Positions 1 through 9,788 of a DNA stretch of 64,000 bases are shown here, piece after piece. How positions within the stretch are numbered: position 1 is the stretch's first letter; the number at the start of each line of letters is the position of its first letter. The position numbers were made by a program, and so were the translations under genes. Source of the stretch: Planctomycetota bacterium (GTDB lineage Bacteria; Planctomycetota; UBA1135; UBA2386); the NCBI GenBank assembly GCA_965223545.1, contig OZ245006.1, positions 832,001 through 896,000 of the forward strand, read 5' to 3'. The notes under the pieces are model-generated. The model was not told the DNA's origin and made no database searches. It saw only the letters and a list, made by a program, of their open reading frames with translations.

Positions 1-494
1 CCGTGTTTCTAGCGCGCGGCGGGGAAGTGCTGGCAACCAAGATGCCGTCCGTGCGCATCGAAGACCTCGCGGTCACGATGATCGAGGAGTTGGCTCCGCT
101 CCACGGTCGGGATCCGCAGGATATCCGCGTGCAGGTCATCGGCGCGAAGTCCGGTGAAAAGGACTACGAGGAGCTGCTCAGCAGCGAGGAGACCCGCCGC
201 ACGATGGAGCTGCCCAACTACTACGCGATCCTGCCCGCCTTCCGTTCGGAGTACCGAGACATCGTCTACGACTATCCCGGAGCCGACGGCGTCGTCGGTC
301 GAGCCCAGCCATACCACTCGGGCAAGCAAGAGGCCATGACCCGCGCCGAACTCGCGCGGTTCCTGCGAGACGCGGGCCTGCTCGAAGGCAGTGAGAACCG
401 CGTCGACGCAGGCCGCCAACGCTTGCATGCGACCAACCACCGGGCGGGCGCCAACGGACAACCCGCGGTGACCTCGGCCAGCGCCCTCCAATGA
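1..494 (+). CDS. Polysaccharide biosynthesis protein, CapD/PseB-like nucleotide-sugar dehydratase, C-terminal part (5' truncated by window)
   Basis: GGEVLATKMPSVRIEDLA and IGAKSGEKDYEEL match the GxRxGEKLxEEL region of Polysacc_synt_2 proteins; ATGA overlap with next gene. Confidence 0.8.
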   Translation, partial: VFLARGGEVLATKMPSVRIEDLAVTMIEELAPLHGRDPQDIRVQVIGAKSGEKDYEELLSSEETRRTMELPNYYAILPAFRSEYRDIVYDYPGADGVVGRAQPYHSGKQEAMTRAELARFLRDAGLLEGSENRVDAGRQRLHATNHRAGANGQPAVTSASALQ

Positions 495-1699
495 GAGTCC
501 TGATTCTGGGCGCGGACGGCTACCTCGGTTGGCCCACTGCGATGCACATGGCCGCCCGTGGCCACACGGTGACCGCGGTTGACAACTACCTGCGCCGATC
601 GATCGCGCAAAAGACCGACTCGGAGGCACTGTTCGCCACACCGAACCTACCGAGGCGCGCGGAACGATTCAGATCCGAGTCGGGCTTCGCGGTGCACACC
701 GAAGTCGGAGACTGCGCGGAGTACCGCTTCCTCGAACACCTGTTCCGCGAGTATGCCCCAGAAGCCGTCATCCACTACGCGGAACAGCCCTCCGCGCCGT
801 ACTCGATGATGGGGTTCGACCAGGCACGACTCACGCTGCGCAACAACTTGGACGTCACGTTCAACGTCATCTGGGCGATGCTCGAGCACGCTCCCGACAG
901 CCACCTCATCAAGCTCGGCACGATGGGAGAGTACGGGACGCCCAACATCGACATCGAAGAGGGCTGGCTCACGGTCGAACACAACGGGCGCTCGCAGAAG
1001 TTCCTCTATCCGCGCGCCGCAGGCAGCCTGTACCACACGACGAAGGTGCTCGACACGGACTTGCTGTGGTTCTACGTGCGCACCCACGCCCTTCGCGTGA
1101 CCGACTTGATGCAGGGACCGGTCTACGGGCTCTCCACGCCCGAAGCCAACTTGCACCACGACCTCGCTCCCAATTTTCATTACGACGACATCTTCGGAAC
1201 CGTGGTCAACCGCTTTCTCGTGCAAGCTGTTGCCGGAGTTCCGCTCACCGTGTACGGCAAGGGAGGACAGAAGCGCGGGTATCTCAACCTCGAGGACACG
1301 CTGCAATGCATCGAACTCGCGATGAACAACCCCGTTTCCGCCGGGGAGCTGCGAGTTCTTAATCAGTTCACCGAAGTTTTCTCGGTCAACGATCTGGCGG
1401 CGCGCGTCCAACGCGCCGGTGAGCAGCTCGGGTTGGAAGTTGTCGTCGAGCCGATCGCCAACCCGCGCAAGGAAGCGGAGGACCACTACTACAACCCTGC
1501 TCACTCCGGTCTGCCCTCACTCGGCCTACAACCGCACCTGATGACCGACGAGGTCCTCGCGGCGATGATGCGCCGCGTCGTCACCCACCGCAGCCACATT
1601 GACCGCTCACGCATCGCGCCGCGGGTCCGGTGGAACGAGCCGGCGCCGCCCCGAACCACCATGCGAACATCGCGGGGCCGGCCCGCCAAACACCCGTAG
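491..1699 (+). CDS. sqdB: UDP-sulfoquinovose synthase (SqdB/Agl3 family)
   Basis: GADGYLGWP, HYAEQPSAPYSM, KLGTMGEYGTPNIDIEEG, TDLMQGPVYG, YDDIFGTVVNRF and NPRKEAEDHYYN are SqdB/SQD1 motifs. Confidence 0.9.
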   Translation: MRVLILGADGYLGWPTAMHMAARGHTVTAVDNYLRRSIAQKTDSEALFATPNLPRRAERFRSESGFAVHTEVGDCAEYRFLEHLFREYAPEAVIHYAEQPSAPYSMMGFDQARLTLRNNLDVTFNVIWAMLEHAPDSHLIKLGTMGEYGTPNIDIEEGWLTVEHNGRSQKFLYPRAAGSLYHTTKVLDTDLLWFYVRTHALRVTDLMQGPVYGLSTPEANLHHDLAPNFHYDDIFGTVVNRFLVQAVAGVPLTVYGKGGQKRGYLNLEDTLQCIELAMNNPVSAGELRVLNQFTEVFSVNDLAARVQRAGEQLGLEVVVEPIANPRKEAEDHYYNPAHSGLPSLGLQPHLMTDEVLAAMMRRVVTHRSHIDRSRIAPRVRWNEPAPPRTTMRTSRGRPAKHP

Positions 1700-1757
1700 C
1701 CGTGCGGAACGCTCCTCGCTGGCGCCTTGCACTTTGCCCTGCGCGCACGCGACACCG

Positions 1758-3062
1758 ATGAGGCAATGGGCAACTAGCTCGGAGAAGCGGCTACAGTTTG
1801 GCCTTCTCCTCGGCGACGTGCTCGCGTTCGTGGCCAGTACCGCCATCGTCGTCGCGCTCGGGATCGGCGGCAGACATGACGGCTCCGCGCAAAGGGTGCT
1901 GCCGGTGTTCCTCCTGCTGGGCGTGTACCTTACCGTGTACTACGTCAGCGACCTCTACTCGGTGCAGCGGCGCCACTCGGCGACCCGACAACCTGCACTG
2001 ACCTCCACCTCGACCGCGCTGGTCCTGATCATCGCGATCCTCGTCGGCACTGTCTTTCCATCCGTCCAGGCGCTCCCCCTGCGCGGGCTCCTCCCCCACG
2101 CCGCCCTGATGCTGTTGGCGGCCAGCGCTTGGCGCCGTGTCTTCTTCCGCAGGCTGCTGCCCGCCTACCCGGCCCGTTCGATCGGCTTGCTGGGCGACCT
2201 TTCTGCCGAATGCGAAATCTTGCAGGAAGTTGCAGAGTCCGCCCCCAACCTCACGATCGACCCCGCGGACACGGAAACCCCCGACCTGTGGGTGTGTCCG
2301 GTCCAACGCCAGGTGGACGAGGACACCTTGGCGCGCGCGGTGTCGTTGCGGCTCGCCGGTGAGACGGTTCTCGACCTTCCCAACCTCTGCGCGGCCCGGC
2401 TCGGTCGAATCCCGGTTTCCACCATCGACGCCTCCTGGATCATTCAAAACGTCGGACAACACCGATCGATGACCGGAGAGCGCCTGCGCCGCCTGCTCGA
2501 CGTCGCGGGCTCCCTGCTTGCGATCGTCATCACCAGCCCCTTCTTGGCCGTCGCCGCCGCGATGGTGAAACTGACGTCACGCGGCCCGGTGCTGTTCGTG
2601 CAAGAACGGCTCGGACGCTTCGAACAGCCGTTTCCGTGCTACAAGATTCGCACCATGGTGCAGGACGCCGAGGCGCAGACCGGCCCCAGGTGGGCGGAGG
2701 CAAACGACCCACGCATCACGCCGGTGGGTCGTTTCCTGCGCAAGTCCCGGCTCGACGAGTTGCCCCAGCTGTTCAACGTCTTGCGCGGTGAGATGGGTCT
2801 CGTCGGTTTCCGCCCGATCCGACGCCACTTTGCCGACAAGCTCGCGCCACAGATCCCGTTCTATCACGCGCGCTTCGGAATCAAGCCCGGACTGACCGGC
2901 TGGCCGCAAGTTCGCCACCGCAACTCGTACGCGGGATCGATCGACGACCAAGTCGAAAAGTTCGAGTACGAGCTGTTCTACCTCGCGCACCGATCGCTGC
3001 TGGTCGATGCCTACATCGCCATCAAGACCGTACAGGTCATGTTTTGCGTACGGGGCCAGTAG
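1758..3062 (+). CDS. Polyprenyl-phosphate glycosylphosphotransferase (initiating sugar transferase)
   Basis: N-terminal TM helices; KIRTM, DPRITPVGRFLRKSRLDELPQLFNVLRGEM, KPGLTGWPQV; ATG at 1758 chosen. Confidence 0.9.
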   Translation: MRQWATSSEKRLQFGLLLGDVLAFVASTAIVVALGIGGRHDGSAQRVLPVFLLLGVYLTVYYVSDLYSVQRRHSATRQPALTSTSTALVLIIAILVGTVFPSVQALPLRGLLPHAALMLLAASAWRRVFFRRLLPAYPARSIGLLGDLSAECEILQEVAESAPNLTIDPADTETPDLWVCPVQRQVDEDTLARAVSLRLAGETVLDLPNLCAARLGRIPVSTIDASWIIQNVGQHRSMTGERLRRLLDVAGSLLAIVITSPFLAVAAAMVKLTSRGPVLFVQERLGRFEQPFPCYKIRTMVQDAEAQTGPRWAEANDPRITPVGRFLRKSRLDELPQLFNVLRGEMGLVGFRPIRRHFADKLAPQIPFYHARFGIKPGLTGWPQVRHRNSYAGSIDDQVEKFEYELFYLAHRSLLVDAYIAIKTVQVMFCVRGQ

Positions 3063-3173
3063 TGATGCCCTGCCGCCCGACTTCACGAGCAGCGCTGGGC
3101 CTCTACGACAAGCCGCTAGACGACGCGTCACCGGCAACGGAACAGATTGGCCACCGAGCGAGGCCGGCGTAGC

Positions 3174-5267
3174 ATGGCGAGGGTGAGCGAAGTCCCACGC
3201 GACCTCGAATCGTCGGCACTTACAATCGGCCAGTTGTTCGGAATTCTGCGACGCGGTTGGTGGCTGGTGGCCGCAACGGCCATCCTCGGCACGGGTCTGG
3301 GCTACTGGCACACCAAGAGGCGTGGCTCCGTCTGGCGCGCGAGCAGCCTCGTCTACGTCGAGCGAGACCGCCCTTCGCTGGTCGGGGACCCAAGTGTGTC
3401 TTTCGCCAGCGGCGCACGCAACTACGCCGACACTCAGCAGCTGCTGATGATCTCCGCGCCGCAGCTTGCAGCGTCACTTGCACTGGCGCGACAAGACGCG
3501 GCATGGAGTGAGGATGTCTTTCAGGGCAGTATGAACGCGATCGCGTGGTTGAAGAAGAACCTCTTGGCCAACGCTGGCCAAGATGACGGGACCATCCAGC
3601 TGCGATTGGACTCTCCCCACCGCGATGCAGCCTGCGTCATGCTCAACGCGGTCGTCGACTCGTTTGTCCGGTTCCACGAAGAGCAGGCCCAAACGTCGAC
3701 CGGAGCTACCTATCGGCAGCTGACCCGCGAGAAGGACCGGTTGGACGGAGAGTATGCAGCCAAGCTGCAGGCGATCCGTGAGCTCGCCGCACCACAGGGC
3801 CAAGCCGGGGGTCGGACACCGCAGGAGGTCGCGTGGGACGCCTGGCAGAGACTCGGCAACGAGCTCAGCCTGGCCGAGGCCGAGGCGCGCACCGCGGCGC
3901 AGCTGTGGCAGTCCGCCAAGGATTTCGGCGATGACCCAGAGGCGCTCCGCCAACTTCTTCCCGTGTTCGGTGGTGGCACCACCTTACCCGCGCCGACCGC
4001 GAGCCGCCGCGAACTCGAGGCCCAGCACGCAGCGGCGGTTGCCGAGTTCTCGGCGGAGCATCCGACCGTCCTTGCCCTCGAGCGGGCGATCGCGGAGCTG
4101 GACGCCCAGGAACAGCGGCTCGCGACACAGTACGTCGCCGCGTTGGCACGACGAGCGACGATGCTCGAACAGCGGCACGCCTCTCTGAGCTCGCGGTCCG
4201 AGCAGTTGGAGGCCGAAATCGCCCGCCTCGTCGACACCGACGCGCAGCGCGATTTGCTGACGGCCGAAGCCGAACAGATCCGCGAAGCGCTTCAGACGGT
4301 CGGCTCTCTGATGCAAAACGTCAACCTCGGTGACGTGAGCGGCGCAGCCACTGTTCACGTCCTCGAGCGAGCGTCACCGGACAATTCGCTCGACGTTTCC
4401 AACAGCTTGCTGCGCATTGCCGCGCTCGGCCTCGTCGGGTTGATTGCCGGGCTCGGGTTGGCGTGGGTACGCGGCTTGATGGACCAACGAATCCGCGATG
4501 AGAGCAGCGCCCTGGCACTCGGCCTGCCGTTACTCGGGGTCCTGCCGCGCCAGTCCCGTCGCCACAGCGTCTCGGCCGCCGCGCGGCTATCGGAAGAGCC
4601 TGCCGACCGAGAGGCCTTCCGCCGATTGTCTGCGGCCGTGGAGCAGCATCTTCCGACCACGTCGCCCCGCACACTCTTGGTCGCCGCTGTAGATGACCCG
4701 GCCAGTGCCCACCTCGCGGCAGCCGCCTTGGGCGTCACGTTCGCGCGTCAACGGCGGTCGACCCTGGTCATCGACACCGATCTCGACAACCCCCAGCAGC
4801 ACCGCCTGCTCGAGGCGGCCCAATCACACGGCCTCGCAGCCTTGATCGACGGCAACCCAACCGCCGGACAGGTCAGCGAGACCGCTATCCACGGACTGCA
4901 TCTGCTGGGCGAAAGCCAGCCGCTCGCACACACGACAACACTCCACGCAGGCGACCTGCAACGCGTCCGGCAGGAACTCAGCCAAGAGTACGACATGATC
5001 ATCGTGGTCACCGCACCGACCGCCTCCAGCGCAACCGCAGCCGTGCTGGCACCGGCAACCGACGCGATTGTGCTTTGCGTGCACGCCCAAAAGACCCCCA
5101 CGCCTGCCGCGCGGCGCGGCGTCGAGGATCTTCGCCGAGCTGGGGCCACACGCCTCGGCACCGTGCTCGATGGCGTACCCCGCCCACGCAGCGCTTCGTC
5201 ATCTCGACGACACCCGAAGCCCACGCAACACGTCACCGGCGGCGTTCCGGCGAAGGGCCGCGCATGA
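3174..5267 (+). CDS. Wzc/GumC-like polysaccharide co-polymerase with degenerate kinase domain
   Basis: Wzz-type N-terminal TM, coiled coil, EHPTV motif, second TM, then BY-kinase-like fold (VIDTDL) without Walker A. Confidence 0.8.
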   Translation: MARVSEVPRDLESSALTIGQLFGILRRGWWLVAATAILGTGLGYWHTKRRGSVWRASSLVYVERDRPSLVGDPSVSFASGARNYADTQQLLMISAPQLAASLALARQDAAWSEDVFQGSMNAIAWLKKNLLANAGQDDGTIQLRLDSPHRDAACVMLNAVVDSFVRFHEEQAQTSTGATYRQLTREKDRLDGEYAAKLQAIRELAAPQGQAGGRTPQEVAWDAWQRLGNELSLAEAEARTAAQLWQSAKDFGDDPEALRQLLPVFGGGTTLPAPTASRRELEAQHAAAVAEFSAEHPTVLALERAIAELDAQEQRLATQYVAALARRATMLEQRHASLSSRSEQLEAEIARLVDTDAQRDLLTAEAEQIREALQTVGSLMQNVNLGDVSGAATVHVLERASPDNSLDVSNSLLRIAALGLVGLIAGLGLAWVRGLMDQRIRDESSALALGLPLLGVLPRQSRRHSVSAAARLSEEPADREAFRRLSAAVEQHLPTTSPRTLLVAAVDDPASAHLAAAALGVTFARQRRSTLVIDTDLDNPQQHRLLEAAQSHGLAALIDGNPTAGQVSETAIHGLHLLGESQPLAHTTTLHAGDLQRVRQELSQEYDMIIVVTAPTASSATAAVLAPATDAIVLCVHAQKTPTPAARRGVEDLRRAGATRLGTVLDGVPRPRSASSSRRHPKPTQHVTGGVPAKGRA

Positions 5268-6313
5268 GTGGCAGGGAACTTGTTGGCCAGCAACTCCCGC
5301 TCGGGCTAGCGGCGATCGCGTGGCTTGCCGGTGCGTGCATGCTCGGCACCAGCCACTGGCCCTCCAGCGAGATCCTGGCACGTTTCAATGCCGCTGGCCC
5401 CATCGCCCCGGAGCTCGATGCCTCGTATCACGCGGTGCCGTTACCGGCGACGAGCGCATACCGAATCGGCGACGGGGACCTTCTCCAGGTAACCGTACGG
5501 CGCAGGTTCGGCTCCGCCGCGGAGGACGCCCCTGTCCGCACCCGAGTCGACGCCAAAGGGAATCTGAGCCTGCCACTCGTGGGGCAAATTCCAAGCCGTG
5601 GTCTCACATTGGCGCAGCTCGAGCAGCACCTGACCGCAGCTCTCCACCCGCGCTACCTCCGCAACCGCCCTACCGTCGTCGCCGAACTCGTCGACGCGAA
5701 TCGCCAACGGGTCGCGGTCGTCGGTGCCGTACAGGCCCCAGGCGTACACGATCTCCGCTCCGACCAGCTCACCTTGTTTGATGCCCTCGCGGCCGCGGGA
5801 GGCATCATTCGCGGCGATCGAGGGCGCGCCGGGGCTCACCGCATCCGCGTCCGGCAGCCGGAGGGTCGTGAGCAGGCGACCGTTTCACTTCCCGTGCGCG
5901 GCATGGATGTGCCACACACGAACCTCCGCCTCAGCGGCGGCGAAACCGTCGAAGTCGAACGCTGGAGTCCGGCATTGTTCACCGTCGTGGGCTTGGTGCG
6001 CAACCCCGGTGCATTCGAGTACCCACCGGGGGCTGCGTACAATTTGATGCAGGCGTTGGCCATCGCTGGTGGAGTCGACCCACTTGCCGCGCCCCCATAT
6101 GCGACCGTGTTCCGCACCGAGCCGTCCGGCGAGATCCTGCCGGTCACCTTCTCCATTCACGGTGCGGATCTGGTGCAAGCGTCCAGCATCGAGATCCGGC
6201 CCGGGGACGTAATCGCCGTACAGCACACCGTTGGCTCGTGGACCCGCTCCCTGTTGGCGGCAGTCACTCGTATGCAAGTCAACTTCCTGGTCGACCCGTT
6301 TGACACGCGATGA
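5264..6313 (+). CDS. Wza-like polysaccharide export lipoprotein (Poly_export + SLBB domains)
   Basis: Lipobox-like LAGAC; YRIGDGDLLQV, RVDAKGNLSLPLVG, VVGAVQAPG, LMQALAIAGG. Confidence 0.85.
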   Translation: MSGRELVGQQLPLGLAAIAWLAGACMLGTSHWPSSEILARFNAAGPIAPELDASYHAVPLPATSAYRIGDGDLLQVTVRRRFGSAAEDAPVRTRVDAKGNLSLPLVGQIPSRGLTLAQLEQHLTAALHPRYLRNRPTVVAELVDANRQRVAVVGAVQAPGVHDLRSDQLTLFDALAAAGGIIRGDRGRAGAHRIRVRQPEGREQATVSLPVRGMDVPHTNLRLSGGETVEVERWSPALFTVVGLVRNPGAFEYPPGAAYNLMQALAIAGGVDPLAAPPYATVFRTEPSGEILPVTFSIHGADLVQASSIEIRPGDVIAVQHTVGSWTRSLLAAVTRMQVNFLVDPFDTR

Positions 6314-7596
6314 CCGCGGGCACAGTCGTCGACACCGCCGGTTTCTCGTACCGAGACGCGAGCCTCGCCGCCGGCCTCGGCGCGTGCTTTCTCCTGCTCC
6401 CGGTCTACCTGGGCCCTTCGGGGGGAATCCAAGTCGTCGACATCGCGATGCTTGCCACAGGCGGGCTCTTGGTGATGACCAACCTCTTGGCTGTGCCGCG
6501 CAGCCTACGGCACCTCCTCACAGCCCTGGCGCTGTTTTCCGTGTGGATGGTGTGCGTCGATCTGGTGCAGTTTGCCCGAACGGGCAGCAAGACGCACATC
6601 GTCGGTGTCATGCAGCGCGCGATGCCACTCGTAGCGTTTGCGATCTACAGCGCCGCGTTTCACTGGCAGATGCGCGACCGACGAAGAGGCGATTGGCTTT
6701 ACCTATGCCTTGCGTTCAGCGTCGTCGCCTCCCTTGTATTCCCCAGCAATGCCCCCGACACCTACGTTCACCGCAGGTCGCTGTCGTTCAACAACCCCAA
6801 TCAGCTGGCATATTTTTCCACGCTCATGCTCGTGGCGTTGGTCGCGCTCGACGTGCGGCGTTGCATCCTCTGTCCACCACCGAACAACCGCGGCATGTTC
6901 GCCCGCGTCACGGGTCGCCTGATCGTAGTCGTAGGGGCGAACGTCGCGGCGCTCCTGTCTCTCAGCCGCTCCGGCATTCCATCGTGCATCGCTCTGGACG
7001 CGCTCCTTCTCTGGCTATGGCTGCGCGGCGGCAACGCGCGTAGCCTGATGCTATTCGCCGCCACGGCCACGCTAGCGGCGGGGCTCTACTTCGCCTCTAA
7101 TCCCGACAGCCTTGCTCGGATCACCGACACCGACCACATCGCCGCGATGCTGCGTCGCTTCGACCACGAAAAGATCGCGGAGGATTCCGGACGCCGTGTT
7201 CACGACCGCATCTCGGAGCACATTCAGGCGCGCGGGGTTGCCACTTTGCTGACCGGGACCGGCAAAATCACCGCGACGTCCGTGAAGGACGACGGCGAGC
7301 AGATCCAGGAGTTGCACAGCGTCCTATTCGACGTCACGTTCTCCGGGGGTGTCATCGGCCTCGTCCTGCTTCTGAATCTGGCGCGATGCGTGATTCGGCT
7401 GCCGATGCCACTACGACCCCGCTCGACTTACCTCGCCACGCTGCTGCTCTGGATCCCGATCGTCGGCTACAACCTACTGCACAACGGCCTGCGGTTTCGC
7501 GCGCTGTGGGTAGTAATGGCGCTGTGGTGTGTCGTGGTTAGCACCTCGATCGAGACATGCGGGGGCAGGCAGCGCGTTCGGGAGAGGTCTCCATGA
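6310..7596 (+). CDS. Wzy polymerase / O-antigen ligase family membrane protein
   Basis: Many TM segments; FNNPNQLA, SLSRSG, ELHS motifs; position in locus. Confidence 0.75.
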   Translation: MTAGTVVDTAGFSYRDASLAAGLGACFLLLPVYLGPSGGIQVVDIAMLATGGLLVMTNLLAVPRSLRHLLTALALFSVWMVCVDLVQFARTGSKTHIVGVMQRAMPLVAFAIYSAAFHWQMRDRRRGDWLYLCLAFSVVASLVFPSNAPDTYVHRRSLSFNNPNQLAYFSTLMLVALVALDVRRCILCPPPNNRGMFARVTGRLIVVVGANVAALLSLSRSGIPSCIALDALLLWLWLRGGNARSLMLFAATATLAAGLYFASNPDSLARITDTDHIAAMLRRFDHEKIAEDSGRRVHDRISEHIQARGVATLLTGTGKITATSVKDDGEQIQELHSVLFDVTFSGGVIGLVLLLNLARCVIRLPMPLRPRSTYLATLLLWIPIVGYNLLHNGLRFRALWVVMALWCVVVSTSIETCGGRQRVRERSP

Positions 7597-8786
7597 CGGT
7601 CGCGGCGCCAACTTGTCTGGGGGCCACTCCGGTGACGGTGACGTTCGTCGGTGGCGCCGATCTCCACTTGCGCATCCCACTGATACACGCCCTAGCGGAA
7701 CGCGACATCCGGGTTTCGGTGATCGCGACTGCCGGCCGTGAGAGGTTCGAGGCCGAGCACATTCGGTTCTATCCATCCGGCATGGGTCGCGGTGTCACGC
7801 CATGGAGAGACGCCCGATTGCTTTTTCGGATGCGCCGGCTGATGGAGTCGACCGCCCCTGACCTCGTCCACGGTTTCGGCACCAAGCCGGCGCTTCTGGT
7901 CCCGCTAGCAACCGCTCCACAATCCGACTTTCGCGCCGTCCGCACGGTCGCCGGCCGCGGCCGCCTGTTCTCCGACCCGTCGCTGAAACTTGCTCCGTTT
8001 CGCCTTGTCCACGACCGGATGCAACGCCGAGCGTCGCGCCGCGCCACGGCAACGGTGTTTCAGAACAGTGACGATCAGGCTCATTTTCTCGCTCGGGGCC
8101 TCGTCGACCCCGACAAGGCCATCCTGATCCGCGGCTCGGGGATCGACGGGGCTTTGGTGCGCGCAGCAGCGGAGCGGGCTGCTGCGTCGCCCCCACCATG
8201 GCCAATTGGCAACCCGCGGCCCTTCGTCGCGCTCATGGTGGCCCGACTGCTCTGGTCGAAGGGCGTGGGCGAGTTCCTCACGGCCGCCGAAATGCTCCCG
8301 GCGAACAAGTTCCTGTGCGTCCTCGCCGGCCCGGTGGCTGAGCAGGGCCGCAGCGCCGCACGCATGGAGCACGCGATTTCGGCGGCCCCCGTTACCTATC
8401 TGGGACGACGCGAGGATGTCGCCGGCCTGATGCGCGCGGCCGACGCCACGGTCTTACCCACCTACTACGGCGAGGGAGTGCCACGAGTGCTCCTTGAAGC
8501 CGCGGTGCTCGGCTCGCCGATCGTCACGACGGACTACCCTGGCTGTCGCGATGTCGTCGCCGGCGGCACAGCGGGGACGGTGATCCCGGCCCGCGATGCC
8601 AGCGCCCTGGCGCAGGCACTGCAGACGTTGCGCGGCGATCGCGAACGCGCGGCGACAATGGCATCGGCCGCGCGCTCCCTCGTGGAGCGAGAGTTCAGTC
8701 TGCAAGCCGTCGCCGATGCACACGCCGCGCTGTACCGGCGGCTCGTGCATGCGCGAAGACCAGGAATGGTCCCGAAGGGACAGTGA
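7593..8786 (+). CDS. GT4 glycosyltransferase (CapM/PglA-like)
   Basis: FQNSDD, IRGSGID, ARLLWSKGV, EGVPRVLLEA (EX7E), TDYPGCRDVV. Confidence 0.9.
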   Translation: MTVAAPTCLGATPVTVTFVGGADLHLRIPLIHALAERDIRVSVIATAGRERFEAEHIRFYPSGMGRGVTPWRDARLLFRMRRLMESTAPDLVHGFGTKPALLVPLATAPQSDFRAVRTVAGRGRLFSDPSLKLAPFRLVHDRMQRRASRRATATVFQNSDDQAHFLARGLVDPDKAILIRGSGIDGALVRAAAERAAASPPPWPIGNPRPFVALMVARLLWSKGVGEFLTAAEMLPANKFLCVLAGPVAEQGRSAARMEHAISAAPVTYLGRREDVAGLMRAADATVLPTYYGEGVPRVLLEAAVLGSPIVTTDYPGCRDVVAGGTAGTVIPARDASALAQALQTLRGDRERAATMASAARSLVEREFSLQAVADAHAALYRRLVHARRPGMVPKGQ

Positions 8787-9784
8787 CCATGAAGTGGTGC
8801 ATTACAGGGGGCTGTGGTTTCATCGGCTCCAACCTCGTCGCCAAGCTGGTCGCCAATGGACAGACGGTGCGCGTGCTCGACGACCTTTCGGTCGGTGACC
8901 GCGCAGTACTGCAGAGGATCTCGCCCGTGAAGGAGTGCGCTGCCGGCGACACCTCCACCATGATCGACCGGGCCGACGTTGTCGAGCTCGCCGTAGGCGA
9001 TATCTGCAACGAATCCGACATCGCTCGTTCCGTGCTCGGTGCCGACATTGTTGTACACTTGGCGGCCAATACGGGAGTCGCGCCATCGGTCGAGGACCCG
9101 CGACGAGACTGTGAAGCGAACGTCCTGGGCACACTCAACGCACTCGAGGCGGCGCGCGCCAGCGGCGTACGGCGATTCGTGTTCGCCTCCAGCGGCGCTC
9201 CATTGGGCGAAGTCGAACCGCCGATCCATGAACGCCTGGCTCCACGACCTGTCTCGCCGTACGGCGCCAGCAAGCTCGCTGGCGAAGCCTACTGCTCGGC
9301 CTACTACCGCAGCTTTGGCCTGGAGACGGTCGCGTTGCGGTTTGGCAACGTCTACGGACCCGGCTCACCGCACAAGTCGAGCGTAGTGGCCAAGTTCATC
9401 ACTCGAGCCGCGCGCGGGCTCCCGCTTCAAGTGTTCGGCGACGGCAGCCAAACGCGCGACTTCGTCTACGTGCTCGACCTGCTCGAGGCGATCCTGCGCG
9501 CAGCCAAAGTCGACGGAATCGGCGGAGAGTTGTTCCAGATCGCCACCAGCCGCGAAACGTCGGTGCACGAGCTCGTGCAGGCCTTGGCTCCGGTTCTACG
9601 CGACGCCGGCTTCGGCGACCTTGCGATCGAGCACGGTGAGCCACGCGTTGGCGACGTCGCCCGCAACTACGCCGACACCAGCAAGGCCCGCGACATCTTG
9701 GGTTGGAGCGCGAAGATGGAGCTGGCGAGCGGTCTTCGAGAGACAGTCCGGTGGTTCGTGGCCCAGCGCGACGACTGCGATTGA
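8783..9784 (+). CDS. NAD-dependent nucleotide-sugar epimerase/dehydratase
   Basis: TGGCGFIGSNL, PYGASK (YxxxK), RFGNVYGP, GDGSQTRDFVYV. Confidence 0.9.
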   Translation: MTMKWCITGGCGFIGSNLVAKLVANGQTVRVLDDLSVGDRAVLQRISPVKECAAGDTSTMIDRADVVELAVGDICNESDIARSVLGADIVVHLAANTGVAPSVEDPRRDCEANVLGTLNALEAARASGVRRFVFASSGAPLGEVEPPIHERLAPRPVSPYGASKLAGEAYCSAYYRSFGLETVALRFGNVYGPGSPHKSSVVAKFITRAARGLPLQVFGDGSQTRDFVYVLDLLEAILRAAKVDGIGGELFQIATSRETSVHELVQALAPVLRDAGFGDLAIEHGEPRVGDVARNYADTSKARDILGWSAKMELASGLRETVRWFVAQRDDCD

Positions 9785-9788
9785 GGAG

